Below are positions 36,569 to 51,341 of a stretch of 64,000 bases of DNA, one piece after another. Source of the DNA: Podarcis vaucheri (lineage: Eukaryota); assembly GCA_965113315.1 (NCBI GenBank), contig OZ220373.1; one strand, 5' to 3'. The number at the start of each line of letters is the position of its first letter. Position 1 is the stretch's first letter. The notes under the pieces are model-generated. The model saw only the letters and a program-made list of their open reading frames with translations, was not told the origin of the DNA and searched no databases. A program made the translations under genes and the position numbers.

Positions 36569-36940
36569 CTAAGTATATGAATTAAATCACATATGCTTTC
36601 AGTTGATGCAGAAATACCTTTTATTGACCTTATGTTCAATAATTCAGGTCCCGCCAAAATTAATTTTTGGAACTTCAAATGTTAAAAAAGATATTGGATG
36701 CTGTAGGTTCAATAATTCTATATTCGCTACAGAATTCATAGTAGGATCTGGATTACACCCATAAAAAGCCATTCTTACTCTTTATAAATATTTTCTATGC
36801 CTGCTATCAATAATTTATTTAAAGGTAAAATTTATCCAGGTTTTCCAAGGCAAGCATTCATAGGAATATAGTTACAAAGAATGGAAACTAATTCAGGTTT
36901 ACAAAATGTACACTGGTTGCTATTAAAGTCTACATGTTAC

Positions 36941-37086
36941 CTCATTTCCATTCTCCACCGTTCCTCCTCTTCGCGTCTTCTCCAATATTCTTCTTTCTGC
37001 ATCTGCTTCCTCATCTTTTCTTCCTGGATCTTTCTTGCCCGGATGCTTGGCTTCACTTCTACTTGCAAGTCTGGGTTTACTTTTTT
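36941..37086 (-). CDS. ZFR: ZFR exon 11 ([48 protein letters not shown])
   Basis: acag acceptor, GTAACA donor; 146 nt, phase 0 to 2. Confidence 0.96.
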
Positions 37087-37479
37087 CTGTTGTAGAGAAG
37101 GAGAATTTTCATTTTATTTCCATGTAAGATTTATTCCCTGTGGTCAGATCCAATTATTTTCACCAAGACAAAGCAAAAACTGCAATGCAGTCAGAGACAC
37201 AATCCTTCATATTAAAAAACATTATGAGGAGCAAACAGTAAGCTACAGTATCATCCCTCCTCATACAATACTTTCACTTGCAATACATATAAGTAGCTTA
37301 ATATGTGGAGCAAACACTATATGGCTACCATAGTTCAGCTGGGGGAGGGAACAGTTGGTGCTCAAAATAGATGTACTACCTGCTTATTAGGTTTCATCCT
37401 AGAAGAGACCAAGTAAAACTCAATCACCATCAGATTTACTGAAAGAGACAGAACTAGAACATTTACGCTGCTACAGTCA

Positions 37480-37623
<144 letters not shown>

Positions 37624-38287
37624 TCAGTATAAAAATGGTTATTTAACACAATTTGGTTTCATAAAGAAACTGAACTGATTTTTGTCAATTTTTCACACAT
37701 AGACATGTTCTGGCATAAGATCTATGCAACAGTGGAGACAGAGAACCTGTATTAACCAGCTATAGCAGACTTCCATTAGGTTTAAACAAAAGACAACTTT
37801 GACCCAAATATCTATTCTTACCTTTGCTATTGTCTAATATCAAAGTTGAATTACCTGTTTTCCAAGTTAATTGTTGTGTTCCAGATCAAGTGCAAAGCTT
37901 TTTGTTTCTCATAGCCAACAAAGCACTTCTACCCATGCGAGCACCTCTTTCAGAAATCTAGATCTATCCTGCGCCCCTGAACTAGTTCATATAGCAAATG
38001 CCTCTGCTAGAGACACAGCTGCTAAAACACCTCCTTAAGTAAGGTAACTTGCCACTCCAACCCCCCTTGGATTTTTCTGGAGCAAGTTTGCAATAGTTCT
38101 ACTTTGGAACACTATGTTGAGGCACTATTCTCAATCGCTGAAGAACACTCTATTACTCCAAAACACCGTTCTATAGATGTCCTTTCACTGTTCAAATCTT
38201 TTCTAAACACCAGAGCAAGCACAGTAACTACTAAGATGTTTTGAATCGGGCTGCCTTTGAAGGCAGTTTGGAAGCTACAGTCCAGAG

Positions 38288-38574
38288 CAAGGGTCAGCAA
38301 GGTTTATCTTGCCTGGGCCGGATCGGTCCCGTGGAGATCGCTTCATGGGCTGGATCGCGCATGTGATTTTCGGTGTCTGCACATGTGCAGACGCATTTTG
38401 GGGCATCTGCGTTTGCACAGATGTGATTTCTGGCGCCAAGGAAGCAAGTCCCCGCGCCACGCCACTTTAGCACAGCGCGCGAGCGGGCACTTCAGTTTGG
38501 GGGCTGCTCATGGGCCGGTCAAACGACCCCCATGGGCTGCTTCCGGCCTATGGGCCTTAGGTTGCTGACCCCTG
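38288..38574. mobile_element. hAT-like MITE (family shared with 51133-51341), inserted in an older L2-like remnant
   Basis: TIRs CAAGGGTCAGCAA / TTGCTGACCCCTG; interior similar to the 51133 copy. Confidence 0.75.
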
Positions 38575-40038
38575 GTGACTAGAATTTTGAACAGAGCAAA
38601 CTGTGTAGGATATTGATCCTGAAAGATCTACACCCTGCATGTAATGCTTGTCCTGAAAGATCTACAGGGGTTAGCTATGCATTTCTAGGCCCACTTCAAA
38701 ATGCTGATTATGACCTTGAAAACCCTACACTAAGGTTGGAGAACTAGATCCCGGATGGGGAACTTCCTAGTGGAACTCTCTGTCAGCAAGCCCTGCTTGC
38801 AAAGGAACAATTGGGAACTCAAGGCAAATAAACACTGTACTTTTAAAGCAAATACAATGCACACTTAAGCTACATTACTTCTCCCAAAGAATCCTGAGAA
38901 CTGTACTTCCCCTCTACAGAGACAGAATTCCCAGTACCCATAACAAACCAGTTTCCAAGATTTATTGGGGAAAGCCAAGTACTTTAAATATGCATTTGAT
39001 GCTTTGAATTTATGGTGTGGATTTGCCCCTCACTTTAAGCTCCTGATTGTTCCTTTGGAGTCATGTCCTTACCTGCCTCTCATCTGCTGTCACATATGTA
39101 ACACATGTGGCAGCTGGCCATGGTCTGGGGAAAAGGGTTTCAAAGGCCTAATCAGAACCTGTGTTAGACCTATGAGACACAGACCCCCCAACACAATATG
39201 GGACCTGGATTCCTGAAAGAATGTCCATCTATCCTGCCCTGAGCCTCAGATCTTCTGAGGAAGGTCACTTTTGAGTGTCTCTGCCATTTAAGGTCAGTAG
39301 CTATTAAATTTACAATGTTCTCAAATTTTGCCCCATCTGTGAAGCTCCCAGCAGAGGCATTTAACTCCTTTTCTTTCCTGATGGCTTTCAGGAAACAGAC
39401 AAAAACCACTTTATTTCAGAGTGCTTACATCTGAATTCATTAAACAAATAAGTTGGAGAACTGTTGGTTTAATTCTTAACTGTCTGAATTTTGATGAGGT
39501 ATTCCAAGGTGATATTTCAGATTTGTTAAAAATGCTATTTATTGTAAATCATTCAGAACTATGCTATCAAGCAATACACTATTCCCTAAAACTACATTTG
39601 CTCTGAGCACATTTTCAGAGCAGCATGCAGTGAAAAACAATAGTTAGGAAAGTTAAGAATCCTCACTAAGTGGAAGGCTACTGCATGTTCATCTCTTGTC
39701 TTTCCTTTTACTGAGTGAAAGCTGACACTCAGTAATGCTGTGAATGCAAAAGCACAAATTCATCAGTTAATACTGATGGCACACTACAGTGTAGGTGCAA
39801 CTGTGCAACATATCAACACACTATATTGATGTAACCACTGTTCCAGATTTGCAAAATTTCAAAATCAGTGTCAACGCTTGATTCCCACTACCTGTTCCTT
39901 TGGAGCTGGAACTCTGAACAGTCAGTTTTGAAGGACACTCCATGTCCTCAGTGATCAGAATTGTTAAGACAGTCTCAGTATTCACACTCTAGTTTACCTG
40001 AAGACAAAGGCTGTGAAGTCAGCAGCAATGCTATTAGT

Positions 40039-40195
40039 AAAAAGGTAAACCATTATGTCCAGTCGTGACCGACTCTGGGGTTGCGGCGCTCATCTCGCTT
40101 TATTGGCCGAGGGAGCCAGCGTACAGCTTCCGGGTCATGTGGCCAGCATGACTAAGCTGCTTCTGGTGAACCAGAGCAGCGCACAGAAACGCCGT
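40039..40195 (-). mobile_element. Sauria SINE 3' fragment
   Basis: CCAGTCGTGACCGACTCTGGGGTTGCGGCGCTCATCTC...CTTCCGGGTCATGTGGCCAGCATGAC...CCAGAGCAGC, similar to the 33646 copy. Confidence 0.8.
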
Positions 40196-40373
40196 ACTCC
40201 ACTGCAAATTCTTTCATAGACAAAATAGTCAAGTAGTTGCCTCACACAGAGACATGAAGCTAATTTAATTATCAGCATGATTTCACACTTCTGAGCCATA
40301 TAAAGTAATCTAACACATTAATTCAGCAGTTTTGTTTAATTGCATTTAATGAACATAGTTTTCGAATGAATAC

Positions 40374-40570
40374 CTCTTCGACATAGTCATGACCCACTGG
40401 TTGGACCTCACTTTGCAAAGCAGCAAGAGCTGTAGATGTTACCGATTCAGCAGACATATCTGGCTTAATTTCCTGTGTTTGCACTGCAGCAACAGAAGGA
40501 GTAGTTTTTATATTTTCTACTGCTTTTAATTCATCCACTTTACTTCCTGTTGTCTGTAGCTTGTTACCAC
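40374..40570 (-). CDS. ZFR: ZFR exon 9 ([10 protein letters not shown]...[10 protein letters not shown])
   Basis: ttag acceptor, GTATTC donor; 197 nt, phase 1 to 0. Confidence 0.95.
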
Positions 40571-41264
40571 CTAATATGAAACATTTCACAAGTGAATATT
40601 AATTTACATTACATTTTCAAGTCACATTTCTTGCCACAACGAAGGGGATGCTGGCCTACTGCTTAAAAACCTGGATATTCTGTAAATAATAAACAAGCAA
40701 GCAAACCATAGCACAATACTGTAGTATTTTCCTCAAAGAACAGGTAACATAAATGTTCAACAGTTAAAATAAATAAAATACAAGTTCAAATAAACTGTAT
40801 GGTTTGTTTTAATAATGACAGCACAGCACGGGACGTTCAAGAGGACAGGATAATTGGGCGCAAGACATGAACATGCTGAGCCTTGACCAAACAAAACTCT
40901 AGGACAGCTATTGAAAATGCATTGTTCATACAACATTAGGAGTTGTGTTTCATGGTAGCCCCATGTTCAGTATTGTAATCTCTAATAAAAGGCGTGTTGG
41001 AGCAGAGAAGTGTTGATATAATACTTTCCTAAACCATTTGAGTAGCAGTTTGTGTGCATGAGACAAACATTGCCATGAGAGAGACAGTGCTTAGAACTGC
41101 AAACAGATGCTTGGTTTGATGGGCTTCATGCAGCCAAGCAGAGAGAAAATTATAATTTCCAGTAGCTGTTAAAATCATAGCAGACACTCATTTTAAACCT
41201 GTTCTTGCATAAGCTTATTTAGTGTATCTTGCTGAACTTCTCACTAAAATACTTCAGTACTTAC

Positions 41265-41547
41265 CAACAAAGTTAATTTTGGGTGTGGATATTTTCTTTA
41301 CAGCAACATTAGCTGGAACTATTGTTGCCTTGTTGTTGGATGTTGTGCTAAGTAGCACATTGGCGGAAGGAGTAAGAATTTTCACTGCCAAAGATGAAAC
41401 GGAAGAATTCACAGTGCTGCTGTTAGTTGCAATGTTTGAAGAGACAGCAGTTGGTTTGGAAGCAGATGTTGCAGAAGTAGCCTGGGTCACGACGTTTGGT
41501 TCGGTTGAAGGAATGGGTTTGCCAAGTTTAGTATGAAGCTTAACCAC
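41265..41547 (-). CDS. ZFR: ZFR exon 8 ([20 protein letters not shown]...STPKINFV)
   Basis: ttctag acceptor, GTAAGT donor; 283 nt, phase 0 to 1. Confidence 0.96.
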
Positions 41548-41969
41548 CTAGAACCACCAATGAAGAAAGTTAATAGCAGAATCTACAAAACTGTTCCAAC
41601 GTCTATTTAGAATCCTGTCTGTACTTCTAAGAGCATGAAAGTATAAGTTTCAAGGGACCTTCAAAAGAATTCACATAATTCATGAGGGGAAACTTAATGG
41701 AGTCTAATACACACATGAAATACTGCATGCAACTGCACCCCAGCCACACCCACCTGCCCCACAACTGATGTACTCCCAACTGTTCCTCTGCAAGAGGTAC
41801 TAACATTCAGTGCCTTTTACATTTGGCACAATTCTGACACTGCCTCTGTTGTCACCTTCAGAGACACCAAAAGAGGCTCTAGTGCATAAAGATCTGATTG
41901 TGTCCATGTTGGTAGCTAGTACATGGGACACTATGTAGAGATGTGTGTTTGCAGATTCTTTAATGTGTT

Positions 41970-42101
41970 GTAGCTCAGTTGGTTAGTGGTGCTGATAATG
42001 CTAAGGTTGCAGGTTTTGATCCCTGTAGGGGACAGCTGTATTCCTGCATTGCAGGAGGTTCGATCAGTTGATCCTCAAGGCCCCTTCCAACTCTATGATT
42101 C
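41970..42101 (+). mobile_element. tRNA-Ile-derived SINE with CR1-like tail (Squam2-like)
   Basis: TAGCTCAGTTGGTTAG..GGTGCTGATAATGCTAAGGTTGCAGGTTTTGATCCC head, then CCTGCATTGCAGG...CCCTTCCAACTCTATGATTC tail. Confidence 0.75.
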
Positions 42102-42402
42102 AGATCAGAGAGACTTATCATTCTCTCTCCTCTCTCTCCCTCGCTCCAAATGAAAGCCTTATTCTGATAGGCTCAATTCAGGAGCTCCAAGTGCAACCAA
42201 ACCCTGCCTAAGGTGGGGCTCACGTTTACTGCTGAATGAAGCCCTCGCTTGAATTAAAGCCATAGCTATAAAGGACAAATTGAGAGCACAATTCATTTGA
42301 GGCTGAATTACCTAAAGGCATACTGTGTCAGGTAACTGAAAAGTGGTCAGTCTCAGCCTCCTATCAAATGCGATGAATTTTGCCTGCCTGTCAGACCATT
42401 CA

Positions 42403-42675
<273 letters not shown>

Positions 42676-43021
42676 TCACCACATGAATAACAGGATACTT
42701 TAGTTCATTTATCATATTATTCTGTTCATTGAAAAGCAAAGTGCAAGAGATAACCAACATGAAGCTGATTTGCTGCTGAAATGTATGCAGAAAATACACT
42801 CCTCCACATAATTATACAGTCGTATCTTGGAAGTCAAATGGAGTAAGTTTCGGAAGTCCGTTCAACTTCTAAAACGTTTGAAAACCAAAGTGCAATTGGA
42901 ATATTTTAAACTGAAATAACCCTGAAGCCAAAAACTTATTGACCCTTCCCTGAATATTTGGCATATACTAATTGTTTCATTTTACGAAGCAATTAAGTTC
43001 ATAATCAGAAAGCAGCAATAC

Positions 43022-43269
43022 CTGTGGTCCAGCACAGCTGATCTTACAAACATCACAATAGTGGATCTGGGGTGGTTTGGGAGGCTGTTTTGGTTTCAAC
43101 TGTTTATTTTGGAATGGTGCCTTTTTCGTGAAGGTGGTCCCTGTCCAGGCGGCTGTCGCAGCAGCAGCAGCAGCTGCCGCTGCCGCCTGTTTCTGCTGCT
43201 GCTGCTGCTGTTGATAGTAAGATGATGCAGCTGAATATACTGCAGCCTCATAGCCGGAATACGATGTAC
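43022..43269 (-). CDS. ZFR: ZFR exon 6 ([18 protein letters not shown]-polyQ-polyA...[15 protein letters not shown])
   Basis: aaag acceptor, GTATTG donor; 248 nt, phase 1 to 0. Confidence 0.97.
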
Positions 43270-43905
43270 CTTTAAATGATCAAAAAAAGTTGTAAGTTAT
43301 AAGCACGTTAAAGTTTGAAAATCTAAATGTAATAAATGCACAGTGCACACCAGTGTCACTTAATTAAGGATTTCAGTATTAACATAGATGCACAAAACTT
43401 GTACTTAAAAGTAAAACCAATATTCTCAATCTGTATATCCAAGCAATGCTACACAGCCAGAAAAGAGGAGTTTATTTCAAGTTTAAAAAGCAATTTTTTT
43501 CTAGTGGAGCAATGCCAACATCCACAAACATACAGCAAACCTGTACAATCAGTCCAACATAGATCTGTAAGGCATCACCTTGTGCCTGAAAAGGTTGATG
43601 ATACCTGCTCTACACCAACAGTCTGCCATCAAGACTCTTTTTCACCTGTTCTAAAGAGTCTGAATTTGTAATCCTACCATTACCTCAGAGTAAATCCAAC
43701 TGGCCATAGTTGACTTACTTCTGAGTAAACCTGCACACAATCAGCACATTTGACAAAGCAAAAGTTCCCAAGAAGTAATTTGAGTACAGAACCTGTCTTT
43801 GAAAAATCTAGACATGTTCAGCACAGCATTTGTACCTTTGATCTTACAAAGGCATCTAAATAGTCATTTCTAGCCTCCAATATCCTTTCTTCAAGCAATA
43901 CTCAC

Positions 43906-44124
43906 CAGAATAAGTAACTGCTGTTGTACTGTATGTAGCACTTTGGGTATACGAGGGAACAACGGTAGCTGCTGCTGCAACTGGTTGCACAGTGGAAGAT
44001 ACAGGATATATGGAGAAAGTGGTAGTAGCTGGGCTTGGAGTGGCTGGTTTTATGGCTGTCACTTGACGAGTTTGCTGGGCTTGAGTATACTGAGTTGCTC
44101 CTTGGCTATAGCCGGCTTTTGGAG
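43906..44124 (-). CDS. ZFR: ZFR exon 5 ([21 protein letters not shown]...STTAVTYS)
   Basis: ttag acceptor, GTGAGT donor; 219 nt, phase 1. Confidence 0.97.
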
Positions 44125-45230
44125 CTAATTAAGACAAAAGTGCAAAATTACATGAATCTTTTAATAATCATGTAAAAAATTGTAATTTAAAAACCCATTT
44201 CATTTAATTTTTTCACTTTATCTTATTACTGAATAAGGCAGACAATATGGGAATAAATCTCATCCTACAGTTTAAGCTCTGCACTTGGAACTTCTATTAT
44301 AAAATTACTACTATCACTATAATAATGGGATCAGCACCTTAAAGCTTGTGCTTTTACTTTCAGTGCAACAACACTTAAACTAACATGTTTACCTCCACAT
44401 TCTTTGAACACACGTAATAGTGGCTAAACCGAAGACAACAATAAAAAAATTAATTGCAATGTATGCTTATTCAACATTCCTATCTAATATTTTATCCACC
44501 GATTTATATGAAAAAATTTTCCCACCAACATCTGGTTTAATGAAAAGAGGTGATTAGCTCCCAGTTAGAATGGGGCTCCATTATAAAACACACCATACAG
44601 ATATGTCCAGAAAATAAACTAATTTGAGTTATACCAAAAAAACTCTCTCGTTAAAAGCAGTTAACTCCCCGCCCCCGTTACTCTGCAACAATTTAAAGCA
44701 TCTCCTTTCCTATTTCCTTCACACATAGCAGTTTGCTCCCCATCTGCGTAGACTAGTTGTAAAACAGTGCCAAGCCACATGAGGCTACATATGCACAAGA
44801 GCATACATTAGAGTGACACTCTCAAAAGCTTTGACCTTTATTTGTGGCAGTCACAAAAAAGGTTGTTCTTCAAAGGTTGCTCTGAACTTAAAAGTTCAGA
44901 ATGGCCAAATGTTTTACCTAGGAAGCAGACCCTCTAAGTCCTAAGAAGATAAAATATGGCATGCACTCTGTGATGCAGTCATGTTAGAATCTTTCTTTGA
45001 ATAAAGCAGTTAAATGAGCATTTAGAAGCTAGGGGATTGTTAATATTTGCATATCTGGGCCCTAACTGCTTTACAAATACTAACTTAACCACCGAACAGT
45101 TAACCATTGAAAACCAAGCTATTAACAAACTATTTTATTTACTAGATTCTGAGCATCTGCAGATGGTAACACATTTGTGAACTATATCACAACAAAAAAG
45201 CTGGAGTTCTCTTTAAAGCTTGCAACTCAC

Positions 45231-45375
45231 CTGTTTGGTAATACGATTCAGCCACAGAAGGCTGTGGCTGGGCAGCAGCTGCCACTGCAGCTGCAGTGGC
45301 TGTGGGTTGTTGATAGTATTGCTTGCTGTCATAAGCTACAGCTGGGGCAGTAGATCTAACATATGAATAGGTGTC
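45231..45375 (-). CDS. ZFR: ZFR exon 4 ([23 protein letters not shown]...AESYYQT)
   Basis: ttaag acceptor, GTGAGT donor; 145 nt, phase 0 to 1. Confidence 0.97.
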
Positions 45376-46618
45376 CTTAAGAAGCATGGGAGTGGGGGAG
45401 AAAACACATGGACATTAGTTTTTCCATTAAATACATGGACTATTACTGAATTATTTTGATTATTCTAATTAATCAGACTTTAAAATAGTAGAAACATTCT
45501 ACAGAATTGATAAGCTACATTTTTGAGGATCAAACTATGTATTTTTTGCCTAAGATTGCTAGATTAAATGAAGCTAGTACTGGACATCTTGCATTAAAGA
45601 AACAAATGTTAATGTCCTGTTAAGCAGCCTTTCCCCCTACATTTTTTAAAAAATGCTGTATCACCATCACTTTACCCACAAGACACCAAGCACAAACCTC
45701 TACATTAGGCTGGAGAACCTCCAGTGTTGCAGGCCAAATTTATCTCATAAAAAGTTTTCCCCAGACTGCACCCACCTTTCCCATACCAGGTGCCATATGT
45801 GACATCAAGTGCGGAGCAGGTAGAGATGCTGATAGATTGTTGTGAAACTGAGCTCTCTTTGGGATACAACTGCCTTTTATCTCAGGTTGTGTATAATAAT
45901 CTACTAATATCTCACATATGTTGTAGCCTGCAGGCATGTACAGTGCTAAATAATTAAAAGTTCTGCAGCATGCTGATGAGGTGGTTATGCTACAGTTAAT
46001 AATTTGCTAGGAATGTTCAGTGGCTAATAATTACTTAAATTATTGTTACTTTCCACATTAAGTAATGTTTTACATATTTCTTCCCCTAGGTGTTATAGTG
46101 CTATCCTCAGGTTTTTAAAAATATATTTGACTATGTGATGATCAAGCTAAAGGGGAAAAAAGATTTCTGTACTGTCTTACCAAACATATGGGTGCATGGA
46201 AGTACCACTGAAGGCATCTACAACAGCAGTAGCACAGGAAGTCCCCCAACAGGCCATTCCAGGGGCAGATGGAGCTGAGCCAGTCCAGGATGTGCTGGAT
46301 CTTAACCCAGACCCACTGTTGTTACTGGACTTGATTTATCTTGATCACTGCACCAACGTCAGGCTGGCACAGCAATTTGCCTGTCCCCATGCCCCCTGCC
46401 AGCATGAGTGACAGGGCTGAAGATGTGGCGGTAGATCTGCTACCCTATTACATTTCACCGTTACTCAGTCAGGGTCTGTTCTGTGAATAACTGACCTAAA
46501 CTACAGAACAGTTATACATGCACATTCTTACTCTATATTTAACATATTCTATCGCCCATCATGTTTTAGAAGGTAAAAGACTCAATTTCACAAGTATTAT
46601 GGTTTATCCATTAAGTAC

Positions 46619-46901
46619 CTGGTAATTTTGTGTTGTGACTGGAGGTGGCGGCGGGGGAGCTTCTTGCTGTCTCTGTGTATAACCATAGTCTGTTGCTGTA
46701 TGTGCCGTTGGGTAACCTCCATAGGCTGCCGCTGTTGCAGCAGCTGCAACGGCCACTGGTGCAGGCCTTGCAACTGCAACCGTTGCTGCTGCTGGGGCAT
46801 AGGCAGCAGTAACTGTGTGTGCAGCTACAGGAGCCTGATGGACAGTGTAGCTTGCAACTGTAGTTGGATGGGAATAGGCTACACCTGAAGCTGGCTGCTG
46901 G
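46619..46901 (-). CDS. ZFR: ZFR exon 3 ([18 protein letters not shown]...[13 protein letters not shown])
   Basis: ttacag acceptor, GTACTT donor; 283 nt, phase 2 to 0. Confidence 0.97.
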
Positions 46902-48471
46902 CTGTAATAGAAAGACAAACACAAGAAATATGATGAAGTTGTAATGAAGCCAGATGCCTAATAGCAAAGCTGCTTAAATTGTCCAAGTTTAAGCGTAGCT
47001 AAAAAAAAGGCTAAACTAAGTCTGAAACACAAGCACAGTGACCAAGAGTTTAAATAAGTCGTGGAATTCCCATTTCTCAAAACCTTTCAATGGGGCCTTT
47101 CACTTTTATGATCTTGGAAAAGCTCAGTTGCGCAAACATCTGGCAAACGTCACAAGGTTAGCGAAATTGGCACTGAACATTAATGTTACTCTAAAGCAAA
47201 ATAATTTAGAGCACAATCTTATGCATGTATACTCATCAGATGTAAATCTCACCAGGAGTTAATTGCCAGGAAAGTGCACAGGATTGCATCCTTAACCAAT
47301 GAACCATTTTTAACAAAATATAATTTTGAGAGAATGTTTTTTTTATGTAAAACAAACTTACATAAACCAGAAGTGGAGAACCTCCAACCCACAGGCCAAA
47401 CCTGCCCTTCCAGGAATCCCCATTTGGTTCTGATGTAGTTTGGGGCAAGCCACACGCTTGAAATCCTTTTGCAAGCAACCTTACAGTGCTCTCTGAACCA
47501 CTGATGTTTGAACGTTTAGAGAGGGCTGTTTGCAAAAGGGCTTTCGAATTGCCCACACTGTGCTTTAAAGTCCGAAAACCAGGGCTTCAAACCAGAGTAA
47601 CCTAATGACAGTGCGACATCAGTTGATTTGACAGGTAGGGAGATACTGGCTAGAAATGCTTACCCACACCTGCTTTAAAGACATGTATAGATCAGTCAGG
47701 TACTTGGTTTTATAGCTATAGTACATCTAAGAAAACTACGATTTCACAACCTCCATATAAAACAACTACTGTGGAGTAAATGCTTCCAAACACTCTGCAG
47801 TGCAATAGAACCAAAGAAACAGAGTCAGACATAGACTCCTAGAATGCTCCCAGGAAATGGAAAGCCTCAAAAAAGCACACCTGAAAATGTATTTGCAGCT
47901 AATTTCCTTCATGGGAAAGTATTTTCATCTCCTACACTAACACATACAGAGAAAAGGCATGTAAGCACCATATTCATGTAATTATAAACATTTAGATCAC
48001 TGGTAAGCAACCTTGATAGCTGTATGGGCCACATTTGTTTGAGGGCTATGTACAAATTAACGCTCCCCCGCACACAGATAGAGGGTAAGGAGGGATGATA
48101 CATGATACCGTCATGTGCCTCTCATGCTCCCCAGCCGACTGGCACTGAAAATCAAGCTTCCTCCACCCCCAGCCCATCAAACAGCTGTTTAGCATGCTGT
48201 GGGAAGAACAACTGTAAGTGAAGGAAGACCCACCGAGAGTCATCCCTGTGCATCTTCTTATCCATATAAACTGGGTTCCCTGCAGCCTGACAAACAGCTC
48301 TTTGACAGGCTGAAAAGAACATGTGGCTGGAGCTGAATCCCAGGATAGAAGGCTAGCAATTTTGTAACAGGCCGCAATAAGGCAGTGCATTGTCAACTTG
48401 CAGGCAGGGACCATTTTCATTCTTGTATTGCATTTAGTAATTTTAGGTGCACTATTTTGTATTACAAGCAT

Positions 48472-48730
48472 AGAAGAAGAAGAAGAAGAAGAGTTTGGAT
48501 TTGATATCCCGCCTTTCACTCCCCTTCAGGAGTCTCAAAGCGGCTAACAATCTCCTTTCCCTTCCTCCCCCACAACAAACACTCTGTGAGGTGAGTGGGG
48601 CTGAGAGACTTCACAGAAGTGTGACTGGCCCAAGGTCACCCAGCAGGTGCATGTGGAGGAGCGGAGACACGAACCCGGTTACCCAGATTACGTGACTACC
48701 GCTCTTAACCACTACACCACACTGGCTCTC
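48472..48730 (-). mobile_element. tRNA-derived CORE/MIR-like SINE with (TTC)n tail (Squam3-like)
   Basis: Minus strand: GAGAGCCAGTGTGGTGTAGTGGTTAAGAGC (A box), GGTTCGTGTCTCC (B-box-like), GGGTGACCTTGGGCCAGTCAC core, (TTC)n tail. Confidence 0.85.
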
Positions 48731-49096
48731 AATGTTGAGTGCAGTTCAATTCCTTCCCACTCACATTTCTGACCATACCATTATCCAGCATCCTGGGTCC
48801 ACCGAACATCTTATTTTAATTGGGCTGTTCAGGGGTAAGGGGCAGAATGGGGTGAGCACACTAGTGTCAAAGTCAGCTACATTAAAAAACTGTTTTTCTC
48901 CACTGATTTCTAGAGGCAGCTCTTACTTCTATTCTGATGACATTTAAATAGGCTGTTTGGGGGAAGGGGTCCTTTTTTGTAGTTTTGGGGTTAATCAGAG
49001 ACACGTGTTTGGTTACTCCTTCCTCATGCATGTGTGGAGCAATTGCGACTACATAACCTCAAACACTCAAAAACAAACTGGTATAAGTGTATATAT

Positions 49097-49132
49097 GATA
49101 TGATATGATATGATGATATGATATGATATGAT
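49097..49132. repeat. (GATAT)n microsatellite
   Basis: Imperfect GATAT tandem array. Confidence 0.8.
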
Positions 49133-51132
49133 AGTATAATTAGGAAAAAAGGGAGATTCAGCTGAATCTACAGAGAAAGTAAGAAAATAATAATAAACAA
49201 CATATCCTTCATGAAACAATCATTCTAGCAACCTTCAATGACAACTCTTATCTTGCAAGAATTGTCCAAGAAAATACCCCCAAAGGATTTTTTTTTTTTG
49301 AAAATGCCATCTTTGAAGAAAAGTTTCAAAGTAGCAACATAATTGTGCATACACTCTCCCCACAAAATGCTTAAATGCAAAACATAAGTAGGCTCACAGA
49401 ATGCTTAAAAAGTGATTTTAGGCAAGTGAAGCCAACATTTTCCTTATTTTGAGAATAATAATAATAATGTCATTCATTATAATAATGATGAATCAGCAAA
49501 TCAAAAGTATATATATCATTTAGAAATATTTGAAATGTTTCATGTGAAGAAAATGTATTTTGTTATGGCACAGAATGAACAGCCTTAACATTATTCTTTC
49601 TAAGGCTGGTATAGTTCTGTTACCACATTTACTTTAGCAAACCTGTTCCCCTTGCGTCTGCCACAACCCGCAGAGCCAGTGATCGAGTTTGCAAGAATTT
49701 ACAAATCGTAGGATTTGACCTCCTGGGTAAAGAAGCCTCCCTCAACCTTGTATTCTGAGGCACACTGGCAAGAACTAGTAACTTCTGCTAATCCCCTTTA
49801 AGCAGAAACTGTGTGCAAAAGGAGACAGTTAAAATACTGTCTCAAACCACCAATTCTTCTCTTCTCTTTGGTCTGAATAATTTCTCATGACAACTGATCT
49901 ATGCATAGCCTGTTCCTTGTTGACTCCATTCTTCTACTAATCCCCCCATACATACATAACTTAGTACTGAATCAACATTTTTAGAGATTCTTTTCATCTG
50001 TGATCATGCCTAGGAAGTTGTGTGCCCCCCCCTTTTCTAATGGGAATCAGTAGTTCTGTCATTTTTATTAGCAATAAGCTATCACTGTCATAGAAACATT
50101 TTGTATCACTATAATACCATGGTAATTCATAGTTTGTAAAATAATTTCTGATGCTCTTCTTTATAGCTGTATTAAAGCATGCCTAAACTCTAGAGAAGTT
50201 TTGACAGAATGGAGGCAACTGTTCTGTTCTAATCACTATTTCTGCATATGGAGTAATTCCATCCTCTACCTAAAGCTTTGCTGTATCTTTGCTGTATTTG
50301 AAGCTCTTCCAAAATAGTATTCTAATTAATTGTGATGAAGTTTAGATCTCTTATAAGAAAAATAAGTAATTTTATATTCCTTTAGAGTTTCAAATAAAAA
50401 GTAATGACCTTTACTTAAAATACAGAGAATGTTGGACATATAGTAAAATCTGGATAAGAAATATAGCAGCCCAGATTTTTTATTTTGCCAGTGAATAAAA
50501 ACCAAGTCCCAACAGATAGGTTTTGTTTTAAAATGTACCAGAGTCATTCAAATTTTTGATTTACAAAGCCCTATACAGCTCAGGACCTCAATATCCCAAT
50601 GAAATACTTCTCCACCTTTCACCAATTTTATTTGGCATGCCATTACAGTCATCTTGGGGTCAAGATAACCTGGCCACTGTAGTACATGCCCTGCTAACCT
50701 TGAGAATAGATTACTATAATACGCTCTACCTGGGGCTTCCCGTGGCCCTGGTCCAGAAACTTAACCTGGAGCAGAATGAAATGGCAATGCTGCGTGATGG
50801 GGGAGGACAGCCGACAGCATGCGACAGCCTTGCTATAAAAAATTCTACATCAGCTGCTTGTAGGCCATAGAGCCAGGTTCAGGGTTCTTGTATAAATCAT
50901 TACTGAGATAATTTTGTATTGTTTCTACAGTATATGATGTTTTATTGTATTCACATATAACAGTATATTCCACACTGTCTTGCTATTTTATTTGAGTGGA
51001 CAATATATAAACAAATATAAAATACATTCTATATTGTTGTTTTATTGTTAAAGGTGAGGGTGGCTTTTTGTTATATATGCCACCTAAATAAGTTCTGTAT
51101 GAGGCACTAACTGTTTTCCATAGGCTATAGAG

Positions 51133-51341
51133 CAGGGGTCAGCAAGGTTAACCTTGCCTGGTCCAGCATCTGCGTTGACGTGATTTCCAGCACTGCGGAA
51201 GCAAGTCCCCGTGCCATGCTGGTTTAGTGCAGCGTGCGGGGACTCACCAAGTAGGTGGCTTGGTTGGGGGCGGGGCGGGAGCTGGTTAATCGACCCCCGT
51301 GGGCCGCTTGCGGCCCATGGGCCTTAGGTTGCCGACCCCTG
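51133..51341. mobile_element. hAT MITE
   Basis: TIRs CAGGGGTCAGCAA / TTGCCGACCCCTG; 8-bp TSD CTATAGAG/CTATACAG. Confidence 0.82.

Noticed and set aside
36569-36940. Possible intronic miRNA (human MIR579 lies in a ZFR intron, as recalled)
   Set aside because: No pre-miRNA-like hairpin seen here; that miRNA is not expected in reptiles
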